32,000 nucleotides of DNA from Candidatus Saccharimonadota bacterium. GTDB lineage: Bacteria; Patescibacteriota; Gracilibacteria; UBA4473. Numbering within the stretch: position 1 is the first letter of the stretch; each line of letters begins with the position of its first letter. The notes beneath the pieces are model-generated. The model had not been told where the DNA came from, made no database searches, and worked only from the letters and a program-made list of their open reading frames with translations. Shown piece by piece: positions 17,028 to 25,814 of the stretch. A program made the translations under genes and the position numbers. Location: NCBI GenBank assembly GCA_030429505.1, contig JAUIFI010000001.1, positions 870,001 through 902,000 of the forward strand, written 5' to 3'.

Positions 17028-18074
17028 CTATTTCCTCAGCTCCTCTACATAATGCCCCAGTACCTCACAAAAGTGATTAATATCCTGATCTGTCAAAAAC
17101 TTATGCAGAGAAATACGAATCGGATACTGCCATCTGGGGTCCGGTTCTAAAAATCGTATCACCGGAGTCGGTGACAAGATATCTGTTGTACACGCAGAAC
17201 CCGTCGACACACAAATACCCTCTTCTTCGGACAAAACCGTCATTAGCTCCGATCCACGAATCCCCTGAAAAGCGACATTAATAATCCCTGAAACTCGTTT
17301 ATCACTGGAATTATGAATTTTGTATTCCGGAATATTTTTCTGTATAAAATCCTCAATCTGACACGTCCAATGCTCCATGTTTTTGCTTACCTCAACTTTC
17401 TCCTGTTCCCACACTTCAAATGCTTTAGCCATACCAGCCACCAAAAACACATTTTTGGTATGACTATCCTTCGAAATTTCGGGAAAAAGTTCTGGATGTT
17501 TCATGTAAACTAATCCCACCATCTTCGGTCCATAAAATTTCTGCGGAGCAAAAGTAACAAAATCGCTATTTTTAAAATCCGGCATTATTCCTTTCGGAAA
17601 GCTCTGGGCACAATCTGATAAAATCAAGGCTTCGGAAAATTTTTCTCTAAAAGGAACGATGTCATATACAGCCCCCGTTTCTGAATTTGCCTGCATCAAG
17701 GCCAAAAACTGAGCCCTATCTCGAACAGAGTCTGGATCACGCGGATCAAATCTATTTGTTTCCAATGTCTCATCTGCCACCGAAGAGTGCTCAACTGCTG
17801 ATGACCATAAACTTTCATGCCCAAAACGATTTCGACACGCCCACACAACCCGACGATTGGCATCTGTTCCAGAGTACGTCACCGCCAATTGATCCTTTGA
17901 AACACCCAAAACCGAGGCAATTCGCTCCAAAGAGTCATCAATAGCCCTTCGAGATTCAACACCCCTCACGTGTTTAGAGTTTTCATTACCCCAAATGTCC
18001 ATGCTTTCAAGCATCGCTTGCTTCACCCGAAGATCAAGGGGGGTCGTCGCCGCCGCATCAAAGTACAAATTCAT
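17028..18074 (-). CDS. class V aminotransferase / cysteine desulfurase (NifS/IscS-like, short form)
   Basis: LYFDAAATTP, SGTDAN, ANSETGAVYD, PQKFYGPKMVGLVY (PLP Lys context) and STGSACT (catalytic Cys loop) are all present. Length is 348 aa. Confidence 0.75.
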   Translation of the reverse strand: MNLYFDAAATTPLDLRVKQAMLESMDIWGNENSKHVRGVESRRAIDDSLERIASVLGVSKDQLAVTYSGTDANRRVVWACRNRFGHESLWSSAVEHSSVADETLETNRFDPRDPDSVRDRAQFLALMQANSETGAVYDIVPFREKFSEALILSDCAQSFPKGIMPDFKNSDFVTFAPQKFYGPKMVGLVYMKHPELFPEISKDSHTKNVFLVAGMAKAFEVWEQEKVEVSKNMEHWTCQIEDFIQKNIPEYKIHNSSDKRVSGIINVAFQGIRGSELMTVLSEEEGICVSTGSACTTDILSPTPVIRFLEPDPRWQYPIRISLHKFLTDQDINHFCEVLGHYVEELRK

Positions 18075-18694
18075 GATTTTCGAGCTAAAACAATATAGTT
18101 TCTTTCTCGAAAAAGCTCCGATCGTAGAACCTTAAAGCCACTTTTTAAACACAGCTTGTTCAGCATCTCATGGTTAACCCGACGATACGTACGAGGCTTT
18201 TTATCATGCCCAAAAGGCACGAGCCAATTGCGCCATCGTCCTCGCAATATATTGGACCAAAAATACTTCGAGGGTAACTTCCACGTCGTCAAAAAAAGTA
18301 TTCCTCCAGATTTTAAAACCCGTGCACATTCAGACAAGAAAAAAAGCTGATCTTTTTTCGATAATAAATGATGAAAAGAAGCTATTCCTACCACGATTTC
18401 AAAATTATCATCTCCAAATGGAAGTTTTTGAGCAAAATCCCCCCTGAAGAAATGGTCTTTTGGAAAAGAATTACGAGCAATGTCCAACAGTTTTTGCGAA
18501 ATATCAAAACCAAAATAATGTCCATGAGATAAGTGATCACATCCCAAAAACTTTCGCAATCGCCCATTTCCACAGCCTAAATCCAACAATCGATCCTTTT
18601 TCTTCACAAAAGGAAAAATCAAATCAAACTCAGACCACGCCCGCCCCCTAGTCCGGGAAAAATGATCCGCAAACGCATCATATTCTGACTTCAT
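18071..18694 (-). CDS. class I SAM-dependent methyltransferase (Trm9/ALKBH8-like N-terminal motif)
   Basis: Motif I LLDLGCGNGR. DAFADHFSRTRGRAW resembles the HFSxTRxxxW motif of Trm9-type tRNA methyltransferases. Start taken at ATG 18694 (MKSEYD). The stop overlaps the NifS-like start (ATGA). Confidence 0.65.
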   Translation of the reverse strand: MKSEYDAFADHFSRTRGRAWSEFDLIFPFVKKKDRLLDLGCGNGRLRKFLGCDHLSHGHYFGFDISQKLLDIARNSFPKDHFFRGDFAQKLPFGDDNFEIVVGIASFHHLLSKKDQLFFLSECARVLKSGGILFLTTWKLPSKYFWSNILRGRWRNWLVPFGHDKKPRTYRRVNHEMLNKLCLKSGFKVLRSELFRERNYIVLARKS

Positions 18695-18764
18695 AGACTC
18701 TTGCAAAGTAAAGAATCTCAAACCCATATGCAAGGCAAAATAATGTATGATACAATCCCAAGGA

Positions 18765-19148
18765 ATGAAAAAGAAATCAATCTTTCTTGTCGGAATGATA
18801 AGCATTGTTTTCCTTCAAGAAGTGTCTGCGCAAAGTGGAAAGACCTTCAAAGGTGTTATTCCCGTGCAAAAAGGAGTTGATAGTCTCGGCTACAAGATCC
18901 AAAACGGCACGGTAACACTAAATGACATTCCACTCGTTATCATTCATTTTATCGATCTTGCCACAAAACTCGCAGGAACCATTGCGGTAATCTTTATTCT
19001 CTATGCCGGATTTCAAATGATGACCAGTGGGGTTACCGAGAGCAAGGAGTCAGCAAAAAACACACTTAAGTGGGCCGTCGTAGGTCTGACTGTAACATTT
19101 TTGGCCTGGGTGATCGTTAATCTTATTCAAGTACAACTTACCGCCTAG
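18765..19148 (+). CDS. small secreted two-TM protein resembling VirB2/TrbC-type (T4SS) pilins
   Basis: Signal peptide MKKKSIFLVGMISIVFLQEVSAQ, then two hydrophobic helices joined by a short polar loop: LAGTIAVIFILYAGFQMMTSGVTESKESAKNTLKWAVVGLTVTFLAWVIVNLI. I recall this layout from the small pilin-like proteins common in CPR genomes. Confidence 0.4.
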   Translation: MKKKSIFLVGMISIVFLQEVSAQSGKTFKGVIPVQKGVDSLGYKIQNGTVTLNDIPLVIIHFIDLATKLAGTIAVIFILYAGFQMMTSGVTESKESAKNTLKWAVVGLTVTFLAWVIVNLIQVQLTA

Positions 19149-19163
19149 AAGCAAGAAAGTGCT

Positions 19164-19192
19164 TTGACTTTTTCTTCTAGCTCTGTTACAAT
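19164..19192 (+). promoter_or_regulatory. sigma70-type promoter upstream of rnj
   Basis: TTGACT (19164-19169), a 17-nt spacer, then TACAAT (19187-19192). This implies a leader of about 150 nt before the rnj ATG at 19347. Confidence 0.45.
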
Positions 19193-19346
19193 GCTTCGGA
19201 TCTACGAATAGTAACGAAAAATCTATTCGTTTAAAGGGGGGAAGGGACTGTCTCAAAATAGACCCATACCACAACAAGTGGAAAAGGCTTTCTAGAAAAG
19301 TCACAAAGTTCTTTAAAACACAATTTTATTTAATTATTTTGAACAA

Positions 19347-21239
19347 ATGAATACACAAAAACTAAACCAATGGATTGAAAAAGAATTGGTTGAAAACAAA
19401 ACAATACAAAAAAAAGTGGCTCCGGCGCCAGCCACAAACAAAACAAGCGCTCCCAAAAAAACAATTCCGGCAAAATCAAATTCCTCAAAAACACCTTCTC
19501 GAAGATTTTCTGATCATAATCCCAACAGAGGACGAAAAACAGCGTATAAACGACACGCTTTTCATCCCACCACACGACTTAAACCAGGAAATCATGGAAC
19601 CATTCGTGTCATTCCCATGGGAGGTTTGGAAGCCATAGGACAAAACATGACCTTCATCGAATGGGAAAACGATATTATTGTCATTGACACTGGAATCCTT
19701 TTTGCCACTCATGAAGAACCGGGTGTCAACGGAATTGTTCCCGATATAGAATATTTGAAAAAAAACAAACACCGCATCAAAGGTGTCATCTATACCCACG
19801 GACACCTTGATCATATCGGAGGCGTTCCCTATATCCTCCCACAACTTGGATTCCCTCCGATTTTCACCACCAGACTTACCCAAGCCATGATCACCGGAAT
19901 GGCTGAAGAATACGGTTTTGCCGACAAACTCCGCTTTACCAGCGTTGACCCAAAATCAAAAATGAGAATGGGGCGATTTGAAGTCGAGTTTTTTCATATC
20001 AATCATTCCATCCCAGAATGTCTCGGCGTCGTCGTAAACACGCCTTATGGAGCTATAGTTACTACTGTAGACTTTAAATTCGACTACAAACCCGCAGATG
20101 GACACATGACTGATTTCGCTCATATTGCTCATTTCGGACACAAAGGAGTAGCTCTTCATTTATGTGACTCGACAAATGCAACCATTCCTGGCTTTGCACA
20201 ATCAGAAAGTAATATCATCGAACCCATCACCAAAATTCTCAAATATACTCCAGGACGCATTATTCTCACGCTCTTTGGTTCTAATATGTCTAGAGCCAGT
20301 CGTATCATTGAGCTCGCCGAAAAATTAGGACGTACCGTCTACCTATCTGGTAGATCGCTTGAAAAAAATGTCGGCTACGCTCGAAAATTTAACTATCTCA
20401 AATGTAAAGATAAAACCCTCAAGCGTCTCAAACCAGGGGTCAAAATGGGACCACCAGACAAAACCCTTATCATGTGTACAGGCGGACAAGGTGAAGAATT
20501 CGCAGCACTCAGTCGCATGGCACGAGGAGAACACAAACAAGTCATACTAAAACCGGAAGACACCATCGTATTCTCTTCTTCTAAAATACCCGGCAACGAA
20601 CTTCAGATATTCAATCTTATGAACAAGCTCGTCGACAAAGGCGTGAATCTTATCGAAGGAAAAGACGAAAGTGTTCATGCCTCTGGACACGGAAATCAGG
20701 AGGATATCAAGCTCATGGCATCTCTTCTTGATCCAAAGTACTTTGTGCCCATTCACGGAGATCAATATCTCAGACACGCTAACAAAACCATGATTAGTGA
20801 GGGGTTGGACTTCCCAGAAGACCACGTCCTCATGATGGAACACGGAAAAGGAATTGTTCTCAATCAGCACGGAGCCAAAATAATGAGCGACAAGGAAAGG
20901 GTTCCAACCAAAAAAGCCTATTATGAAGACATGGTCAGACTCCGAGAAGAAACTATAGAAGAGCGAAAAAACTTAGGAAAAAAGGGCATTATTATCGTTG
21001 ATGTGGAAAACAACAAAGGAACCATTAAAAAAATAAATATCCGAACCCATGGATTTTTCCTTCTCGGAACCGATGAAAAAGCCTTTTCTCCACTCAAAAA
21101 AGAGCTCACAGATACCTTTAATCGGACCTACGACCCGGCTAGATCAGAAAAAGCTCTCGAAGAAACTCTCAAAAAAACAGCTCAAAATTACTTGTGGCAA
21201 AAATATAAAAAAGAGCCAACAATCGAAGTTGTCTTATAA
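19347..21239 (+). CDS. rnj: ribonuclease J (metallo-beta-lactamase / beta-CASP) with a basic N-terminal extension
   Basis: IRVIPMGGLEAIGQNM and THGHLDHIGG (the HxHxDH motif) are present, along with SGHGNQED and VPIHGD. The core is preceded by about 85 K/P/T/S-rich residues. Length is 630 aa. Confidence 0.9.
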   Translation: MNTQKLNQWIEKELVENKTIQKKVAPAPATNKTSAPKKTIPAKSNSSKTPSRRFSDHNPNRGRKTAYKRHAFHPTTRLKPGNHGTIRVIPMGGLEAIGQNMTFIEWENDIIVIDTGILFATHEEPGVNGIVPDIEYLKKNKHRIKGVIYTHGHLDHIGGVPYILPQLGFPPIFTTRLTQAMITGMAEEYGFADKLRFTSVDPKSKMRMGRFEVEFFHINHSIPECLGVVVNTPYGAIVTTVDFKFDYKPADGHMTDFAHIAHFGHKGVALHLCDSTNATIPGFAQSESNIIEPITKILKYTPGRIILTLFGSNMSRASRIIELAEKLGRTVYLSGRSLEKNVGYARKFNYLKCKDKTLKRLKPGVKMGPPDKTLIMCTGGQGEEFAALSRMARGEHKQVILKPEDTIVFSSSKIPGNELQIFNLMNKLVDKGVNLIEGKDESVHASGHGNQEDIKLMASLLDPKYFVPIHGDQYLRHANKTMISEGLDFPEDHVLMMEHGKGIVLNQHGAKIMSDKERVPTKKAYYEDMVRLREETIEERKNLGKKGIIIVDVENNKGTIKKINIRTHGFFLLGTDEKAFSPLKKELTDTFNRTYDPARSEKALEETLKKTAQNYLWQKYKKEPTIEVVL

Positions 21240-21428
21240 AAAAGCAAGGAAAAAGCCTCTGTTTAATTTTTTTAAAACAAAACAAAGGCTTCAATGGCAA
21301 ACTCCAACAACAATCATTCGTTTGAAATGTTTATTATATAATTGTCATTTGAAAAACCCCCAAGGACACATTAAAAACTATCAAACAAAATTTTTTCCTC
21401 TCGAGGAAGCAAAGGCTTGAGTATGTCT

Positions 21429-21884
21429 TCATGAAGACATTTCCACCCACATATCTATCACTCGAATCTCTCCCTCATACAAACGAGGCAAAAGATTTCT
21501 AAGAATCTTTACAACCCTCCTTACTTCATCTTCGTTAAAAAAAAATGCCATTAACTCTTTATCATCAAGCTCAAAAAACAACTTTTCACCCTCCTGTTCT
21601 ACTGCCAACAAAGAAGTGAAAGAAAAAAACGGGGAGTTAATACCAGCTAAAATTCCTAGACCATACTCATCCTTATAGTCAATATACTCAATGTAAAAGA
21701 AAAAAGCTGAACGGACTTCTTCCAATAACTGTCCCTCAACATATACCGAATCAACCACCGCCCGCATAAAAACAGTTGTATCCAAAGGAAGCGGATCCGA
21801 AACAAAAGGTCCATTAATTTCATCACAATCAGAACAAGACACAAACAAAGAGAAAGCAAAAAGAACTACGTAAATCCTAGTCAT
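21429..21884 (-). CDS. hypothetical lipoprotein
   Basis: Internal ATG at 21884 gives MTRIYVVLFAFSLFVSC with a lipobox (LFVSC). GGAG lies about 10 nt upstream. I recognise no family. Confidence 0.45.
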   Translation of the reverse strand: MTRIYVVLFAFSLFVSCSDCDEINGPFVSDPLPLDTTVFMRAVVDSVYVEGQLLEEVRSAFFFYIEYIDYKDEYGLGILAGINSPFFSFTSLLAVEQEGEKLFFELDDKELMAFFFNEDEVRRVVKILRNLLPRLYEGEIRVIDMWVEMSS

Positions 21885-22017
21885 ATAAAGGACTCCAATA
21901 TATGAAAAACAAGAAGAGCAGGAATAAACTCTGGAATTACAACAAACAACCAAAGCAACTTAAAATATAGATAAGTATCTACAAAAAATCCATTATCTAT
22001 AAAGAAGTTTTTAAAGA

Positions 22018-22221
22018 TTATTTAAGCTTTTTATATTTCATAAAAATTTGAGGCATATCTGATATAATAGTCTTTACAATTTGTTTCTTATTATCAGGAT
22101 CAGAAAAAGAGTAAAAAGCCTCAAAAAAGGATATTACTACAAATGAATAATGAGTATTATGAAGGAGCTGGGAGGAGGAATTGTTGTGTATCGAGAGGGT
22201 ATTCTCGTACTCACTACGCAA
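22018..22221 (-). CDS. doubtful small ORF (67 aa)
   Basis: It fills part of the 357-nt gap between the rluD-family gene and the lipoprotein gene. It would have to start at a TTG codon, and it has no motifs and no SD. Confidence 0.2.
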   Translation of the reverse strand: MRSEYENTLSIHNNSSSQLLHNTHYSFVVISFFEAFYSFSDPDNKKQIVKTIISDMPQIFMKYKKLK

Positions 22222-22241
22222 AACCTCTTCTCAGCTTTTTT

Positions 22242-23141
22242 TTACGTCACAAAGAAAGACCATTGCTTATTAATATCTGATAAAACTTTTGTGAATATCC
22301 CTTTTTTGTCTGGATCTGGAAAACGCAACATATGCGCATGCAACATCATCCTTTCTGCCACCTTTCCTCCATATTTCTCGTCACCCAATATCGGAAAGCC
22401 AATAGAACTTAAATGCACTCTAATCTGATGGGTTCTGCCAGTTGGAATACGAACTTTAAGCAAAGAATATTCCAAATTGTCTTCAACTCTCTCAAAAAAT
22501 GTCACTGCCTCTCTAGCCTTTTCGCTGTCTGAAACGGACATTTTTTGTCTATCTCTCGTATCTCGTAAAATTCCTGCCTCAATTCGTCCTTTTTTCGGCG
22601 GTACGCCCTGCACCACTGCATAATAAATCTTTTCTACTTCACTCCAATGTTTTTGAAAATACGCATGGGTTTTATTGGTTTTCGCTACCAAAAGAACCCC
22701 CGATGTCCCTTTATCCAGGCGATGAACTAATCCTGGCCGTGCCACCTCACAACCATTAATTTCCTCTGTATACTTCGATAAGTGATTGCCAAAATGATAC
22801 ACCAAGGCATTCAAAATAGTCTGTTGCGATGGGTCTGAAGATGATGGATGAACCGAAACTCCTTCGGGCTTTTCAATAACCACCCAGCTTTGTGATTCTT
22901 TCAAAATTTTGAGAGGAAAATTCCACGGTTCAACATGATTTAAGTCCATCTTTTCTTCATATTGTACGAGCCATGTTTCATCCGACTTCGCTTTTGTTGA
23001 AGGTTTTTTGTCCTTCCCCTCACAAATAAATTGTCCCTCGTTCGTCCACTGACTTCGAGAAATATCAGGAAACCGAGCGGCACACACCGCATCAATACGC
23101 TGTCCAGATTCTGATGTATCAACACTAAACTCTGCCCTCAT
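22242..23141 (-). CDS. rluD: RluA/RluD-family 23S rRNA pseudouridine synthase with an S4-like N-terminus
   Basis: HRLDKGTSGVLLVAKT contains the catalytic Asp motif. PTGRTHQIRVHL is present. The N-terminal RIDAVCAARFPDISRSQW is S4-like. The start at ATG 23141 overlaps the murJ 3' end by 17 nt. Confidence 0.8.
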   Translation of the reverse strand: MRAEFSVDTSESGQRIDAVCAARFPDISRSQWTNEGQFICEGKDKKPSTKAKSDETWLVQYEEKMDLNHVEPWNFPLKILKESQSWVVIEKPEGVSVHPSSSDPSQQTILNALVYHFGNHLSKYTEEINGCEVARPGLVHRLDKGTSGVLLVAKTNKTHAYFQKHWSEVEKIYYAVVQGVPPKKGRIEAGILRDTRDRQKMSVSDSEKAREAVTFFERVEDNLEYSLLKVRIPTGRTHQIRVHLSSIGFPILGDEKYGGKVAERMMLHAHMLRFPDPDKKGIFTKVLSDINKQWSFFVT

Positions 23142-24435
23142 TATTTCCAAAATACCTCGCCCAGAGCCAAATACCAAATAAAAAAGCCGACAATGTATTC
23201 GCCACAAAATTACCAATCGCCAACCCTAAAATTGCTAAATCACGAGGAAAAACAAATAAAGAGAGCCATGCTGCTAGTCCTGTCGCAATCAGCAAAGATA
23301 CCGCTGATAACCTTAAAGGAGTCTTCGTATCATCATTTGCCAGAAAAACACGAGAAAAAATAGGAATAACACAGGCAAAAGGCAAAGAAATCACTGTCCA
23401 AATAAATACCGTTTTCGTCATCCACAATGCCGATCCCTCAAGAGAAAAAAGAAGTTGAACGAGCCATTCTGACAGAAAAGCACTTATCAAAGAAAAGGGA
23501 ATCACTAAAACAACAATCCAACGAATGGTTTGGTACACAATTTTTTTCTGCTCTTCATAAAAATGTTTCGCTTTCGTGAGTTTTGGAAAGGCCGCATTTG
23601 CAAGCGGCAATCCTACAATGGACAAAAGCACATGACCCAAGTTTGAACCGATTGAAAACGCACCCACCGTCCCAGCAATCAAGAACGAAGCAATGAGAAT
23701 GTCCACCGATTGATTAATCTGAAAACTCGCACTTGTTATCACCCGATATAAAAAATCAGATTTGAAATGTTTCCACGCCCGTATGGGTTTTTTCCAGACC
23801 CAGCTCAATCGACCTCCTTTTAAAAAGAAGGCCCCCACATTACAAAGAAAGTGAAAAAAAGCCCCTCCCAGGGCACCAAAACCAACCGTTAAAAGTCCCC
23901 ATTGATCACGAAAAATAAACAAAACCAGGCAAATAGTCCCCGTATACAAAACCGGCGCCAACGCAATAGACCAAAATCGCTCCTTACTTTGCTGAAAGGC
24001 TGAAAACACAGAAGATAGTGCCAATAAAAACACTGAACCAAAAAGCAGACGAGCCAAAGGCACCATCTGTTCCTGCAAAAAAAGATCAAACCCACCCGCA
24101 AAAATAGCTATCAGTGATTTCGTAAACAAAGCACCCGCTCCACACAAAGCCCCAAAAAGTACCACCACTCCCCACATAAAACTTGATACAAACTCATGCT
24201 GCTCATCTTCCTTTTTTAAAGGAGATAGACGAGGCAAAAACAAGGTAGAAACAGTTCCTCCAATGAAAAGAAAAAAGAAAAAATCTGGAATTCGAAAACT
24301 TGCAAAAATCAAATCAATCACCTCCCTCTCTCCAAATGTATCTAAAAGCAATCGATCACGCCATAAGCTCAAAAACTTTGACGCTATCGCTGACATTCCT
24401 AGTAAAAAACCACCCGTAGCAAGTATTTTCTTCAT
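23125..24435 (-). CDS. murJ: lipid II flippase MurJ/MviN family (short, 436 aa)
   Basis: Polytopic membrane protein. The N-terminus SKFLSLWRDRLLLDTFG...ASFRIPDFFFFLF..G..S..FLP parallels the MurJ pattern SRxLGFxRDxxxAxxFG...AFxxPNxxRRLF..G..S..FVP. Confidence 0.6.
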   Translation of the reverse strand: MKKILATGGFLLGMSAIASKFLSLWRDRLLLDTFGEREVIDLIFASFRIPDFFFFLFIGGTVSTLFLPRLSPLKKEDEQHEFVSSFMWGVVVLFGALCGAGALFTKSLIAIFAGGFDLFLQEQMVPLARLLFGSVFLLALSSVFSAFQQSKERFWSIALAPVLYTGTICLVLFIFRDQWGLLTVGFGALGGAFFHFLCNVGAFFLKGGRLSWVWKKPIRAWKHFKSDFLYRVITSASFQINQSVDILIASFLIAGTVGAFSIGSNLGHVLLSIVGLPLANAAFPKLTKAKHFYEEQKKIVYQTIRWIVVLVIPFSLISAFLSEWLVQLLFSLEGSALWMTKTVFIWTVISLPFACVIPIFSRVFLANDDTKTPLRLSAVSLLIATGLAAWLSLFVFPRDLAILGLAIGNFVANTLSAFLFGIWLWARYFGNNEGRV

Positions 24436-24492
24436 ATGTACTTCTATAATCGGAACACCTCAGTATTCATGATGACAATAAGGCTTTTTAAC

Positions 24493-24517
24493 AAAAAAAC
24501 CACCCTTTCGGATGGTC
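24493..24517 (-). terminator. Rho-independent terminator after rplL
   Basis: Minus strand reads ACCAUCC-GAAA-GGGUGGU (24516-24499): a 7-bp stem with one G.U and a GAAA tetraloop. It is followed by a U-run and lies 25 nt after the rplL stop. Confidence 0.75.
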
Positions 24518-24540
24518 TCTTTGTCGTGAAACAAAATAAA

Positions 24541-24951
24541 TTATTGTAGCTCAATCGTCGCGCCAGCTTCTTCAAATTTTTTCTTCATTTCTTCAGCCTC
24601 TTCTTTCTTCACGTTTTCTTTAATTGTTCCTCCTCCTTCGGCCAAAGCTTTAGCTTCCCCGAGACCAAGACCAGTCGCTTCACGAACGACTTTAATAACC
24701 GCAATCTTTTGCGCTCCACAATCTTTAAGAACCACATTAAATGCCGATTTTTCTTCTGCTACCGGAGCGTCTCCACCTGCTGCACCACCCACTGCAGCAA
24801 CTGCGACAGGCGCAGCAGCTGAAATACCATACTTCTCTTCAAAGTATTTGGCGACATTATTGGCCTCTACGACCGTTAGTTTTTCAATGGCATCAACCAC
24901 TGATTGCTCTCCTTTAGAGAGTTCTACCGTTACCGTATTTTCTTCTGACAT
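24541..24951 (-). CDS. rplL: 50S ribosomal protein L7/L12
   Basis: An Ala/Gly-rich hinge ([16 protein letters not shown]) is followed by a C-terminal domain with [24 protein letters not shown]. Length is 136 aa. Confidence 0.95.
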   Translation of the reverse strand: MSEENTVTVELSKGEQSVVDAIEKLTVVEANNVAKYFEEKYGISAAAPVAVAAVGGAAGGDAPVAEEKSAFNVVLKDCGAQKIAVIKVVREATGLGLGEAKALAEGGGTIKENVKKEEAEEMKKKFEEAGATIELQ

Positions 24952-24990
24952 GAGATAAAAAATGAAAAATAAAAAGAATAAAAAACAAAA

Positions 24991-25536
24991 TTAAGAAGCA
25001 AACTTCTCAGCATTTTCCAGTACATTGTACATTTTCTGAAAACCAGAATTGAAAACGCCATGAAGTTTTTGTGGACCACTTTTGAGCATTCCGACAATTT
25101 TTCCCAGAGATTCTTCTCTGCTCGGAATGTTCGCAAGTTCTGTGGCTGCAGCAGCATCCAAAAACCTTCCTTCAAACACCGCTCCAGCAAAATCAAGCTT
25201 TGATTTCTTGCTTTTACGATCAACATAATCCTTTTTGAGCTTTTTAATGACTGAAGCAGGTGCAATTTCGTCATCACTCGACACAATCACTGCCACGCTT
25301 CCATCCAAGTCTCCTGAAGCAAATTCTGCCAATTTGGTATTTTTGGCGGCCAACTCGATCAAAGTCTTCTTGATCACTGTATAGCTCATACCTTGTTCTC
25401 GAAGAGAACGACGAATAGCCTGTGCTTCATCAACCAAAAGACCAGAAAACTTCACAAACGCCACTCCCTTGGCATTTTTAAACTTATCCTCAAGGGCTTG
25501 TAACTGATCTGTTTTTTTCGCTTTTGATGTAGCCAT
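24991..25536 (-). CDS. rplJ: 50S ribosomal protein L10
   Basis: Internal ATG at 25536 gives MATSKAKKTDQLQALEDKFKNAKGVAFVKFSGLLVDEAQAIRRSLRE, a typical L10 N-terminus. The gene lies directly 5' of rplL. Confidence 0.9.
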   Translation of the reverse strand: MATSKAKKTDQLQALEDKFKNAKGVAFVKFSGLLVDEAQAIRRSLREQGMSYTVIKKTLIELAAKNTKLAEFASGDLDGSVAVIVSSDDEIAPASVIKKLKKDYVDRKSKKSKLDFAGAVFEGRFLDAAAATELANIPSREESLGKIVGMLKSGPQKLHGVFNSGFQKMYNVLENAEKFAS

Positions 25537-25542
25537 GTTTTT

Positions 25543-25571
25543 AAAAAAAAGTCTTGAACGTATCAAAGACT
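25543..25571 (-). terminator. terminator-like attenuator hairpin in the rplJ leader
   Basis: Minus strand reads A-GUCUU-U-GA-UACG-UU-C-AAGAC-U (25571-25550), with a UNCG-type loop and one U/C mismatch. U8 (25550-25543) follows, then AAAAAC-AUG. Confidence 0.4.
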
Positions 25572-25674
25572 TATTCAGAAGAACAGATCAGCTATGAATC
25601 AACCAAAATGCTCCCGTGTGTCTCGGTTGGATTTACAGAATATTTCCCTACCAACAGTCTCTGACGCACCCGCC

Positions 25675-25702
25675 ACTCTAAACAAGAAAAAAGGTTTGTC
25701 AA
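25675..25702 (-). promoter_or_regulatory. sigma70-type promoter for rplJ-rplL
   Basis: On the minus strand TTGACA (25702-25697), a 16-nt spacer, then TAGAGT (25680-25675). It lies downstream of the preceding terminator and gives a leader of about 130 nt that starts G/C-rich. Confidence 0.4.
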
Positions 25703-25743
25703 ATATTTCTTATGTAACACATTCTCCCACCTGCAAAATGAAC

Positions 25744-25782
25744 AAAATAAAAAAGCCCTGCTTATATGAAGCAGGAGCTTTT
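25744..25782 (-). terminator. Rho-independent terminator after the inserted lipoprotein gene
   Basis: Minus strand reads AAAAGC(U)CCUGCUU-CAUAU-AAGCAGGGCUUUU: 13 bp with one bulge. It is followed by UUAUUUUGUU and lies 33 nt after the stop at 25815. Confidence 0.65.
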
Positions 25783-25814
25783 AAAAAACACTCACACAAA
25801 ACATTAAAAGTCCG

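Noticed and set aside
19145-19180. Imperfect inverted repeat after the VirB2-like gene, considered as its intrinsic terminator
   Set aside because: No U-run follows the 3' arm, and the stem is interrupted by mismatches and a bulge. It is kept only as context for the rnj promoter finding.
21253-21291. Hairpin aagcctctgttt / aaacaaaggctt after rnj, considered as a bidirectional terminator
   Set aside because: The loop is 15 nt, the stem has one mismatch, and no U-tract sits directly 3' of the stem on either strand. The support is too weak to annotate.
21423-21440. Perfect 18-nt palindrome atgtcttcatgaagacat overlapping the stop codon of the lipoprotein gene; considered as an operator or terminator
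   Set aside because: No U-tract follows on either strand and there is no second copy. It lies mostly inside coding sequence. I treat it as likely fortuitous and not worth a finding without comparative data.
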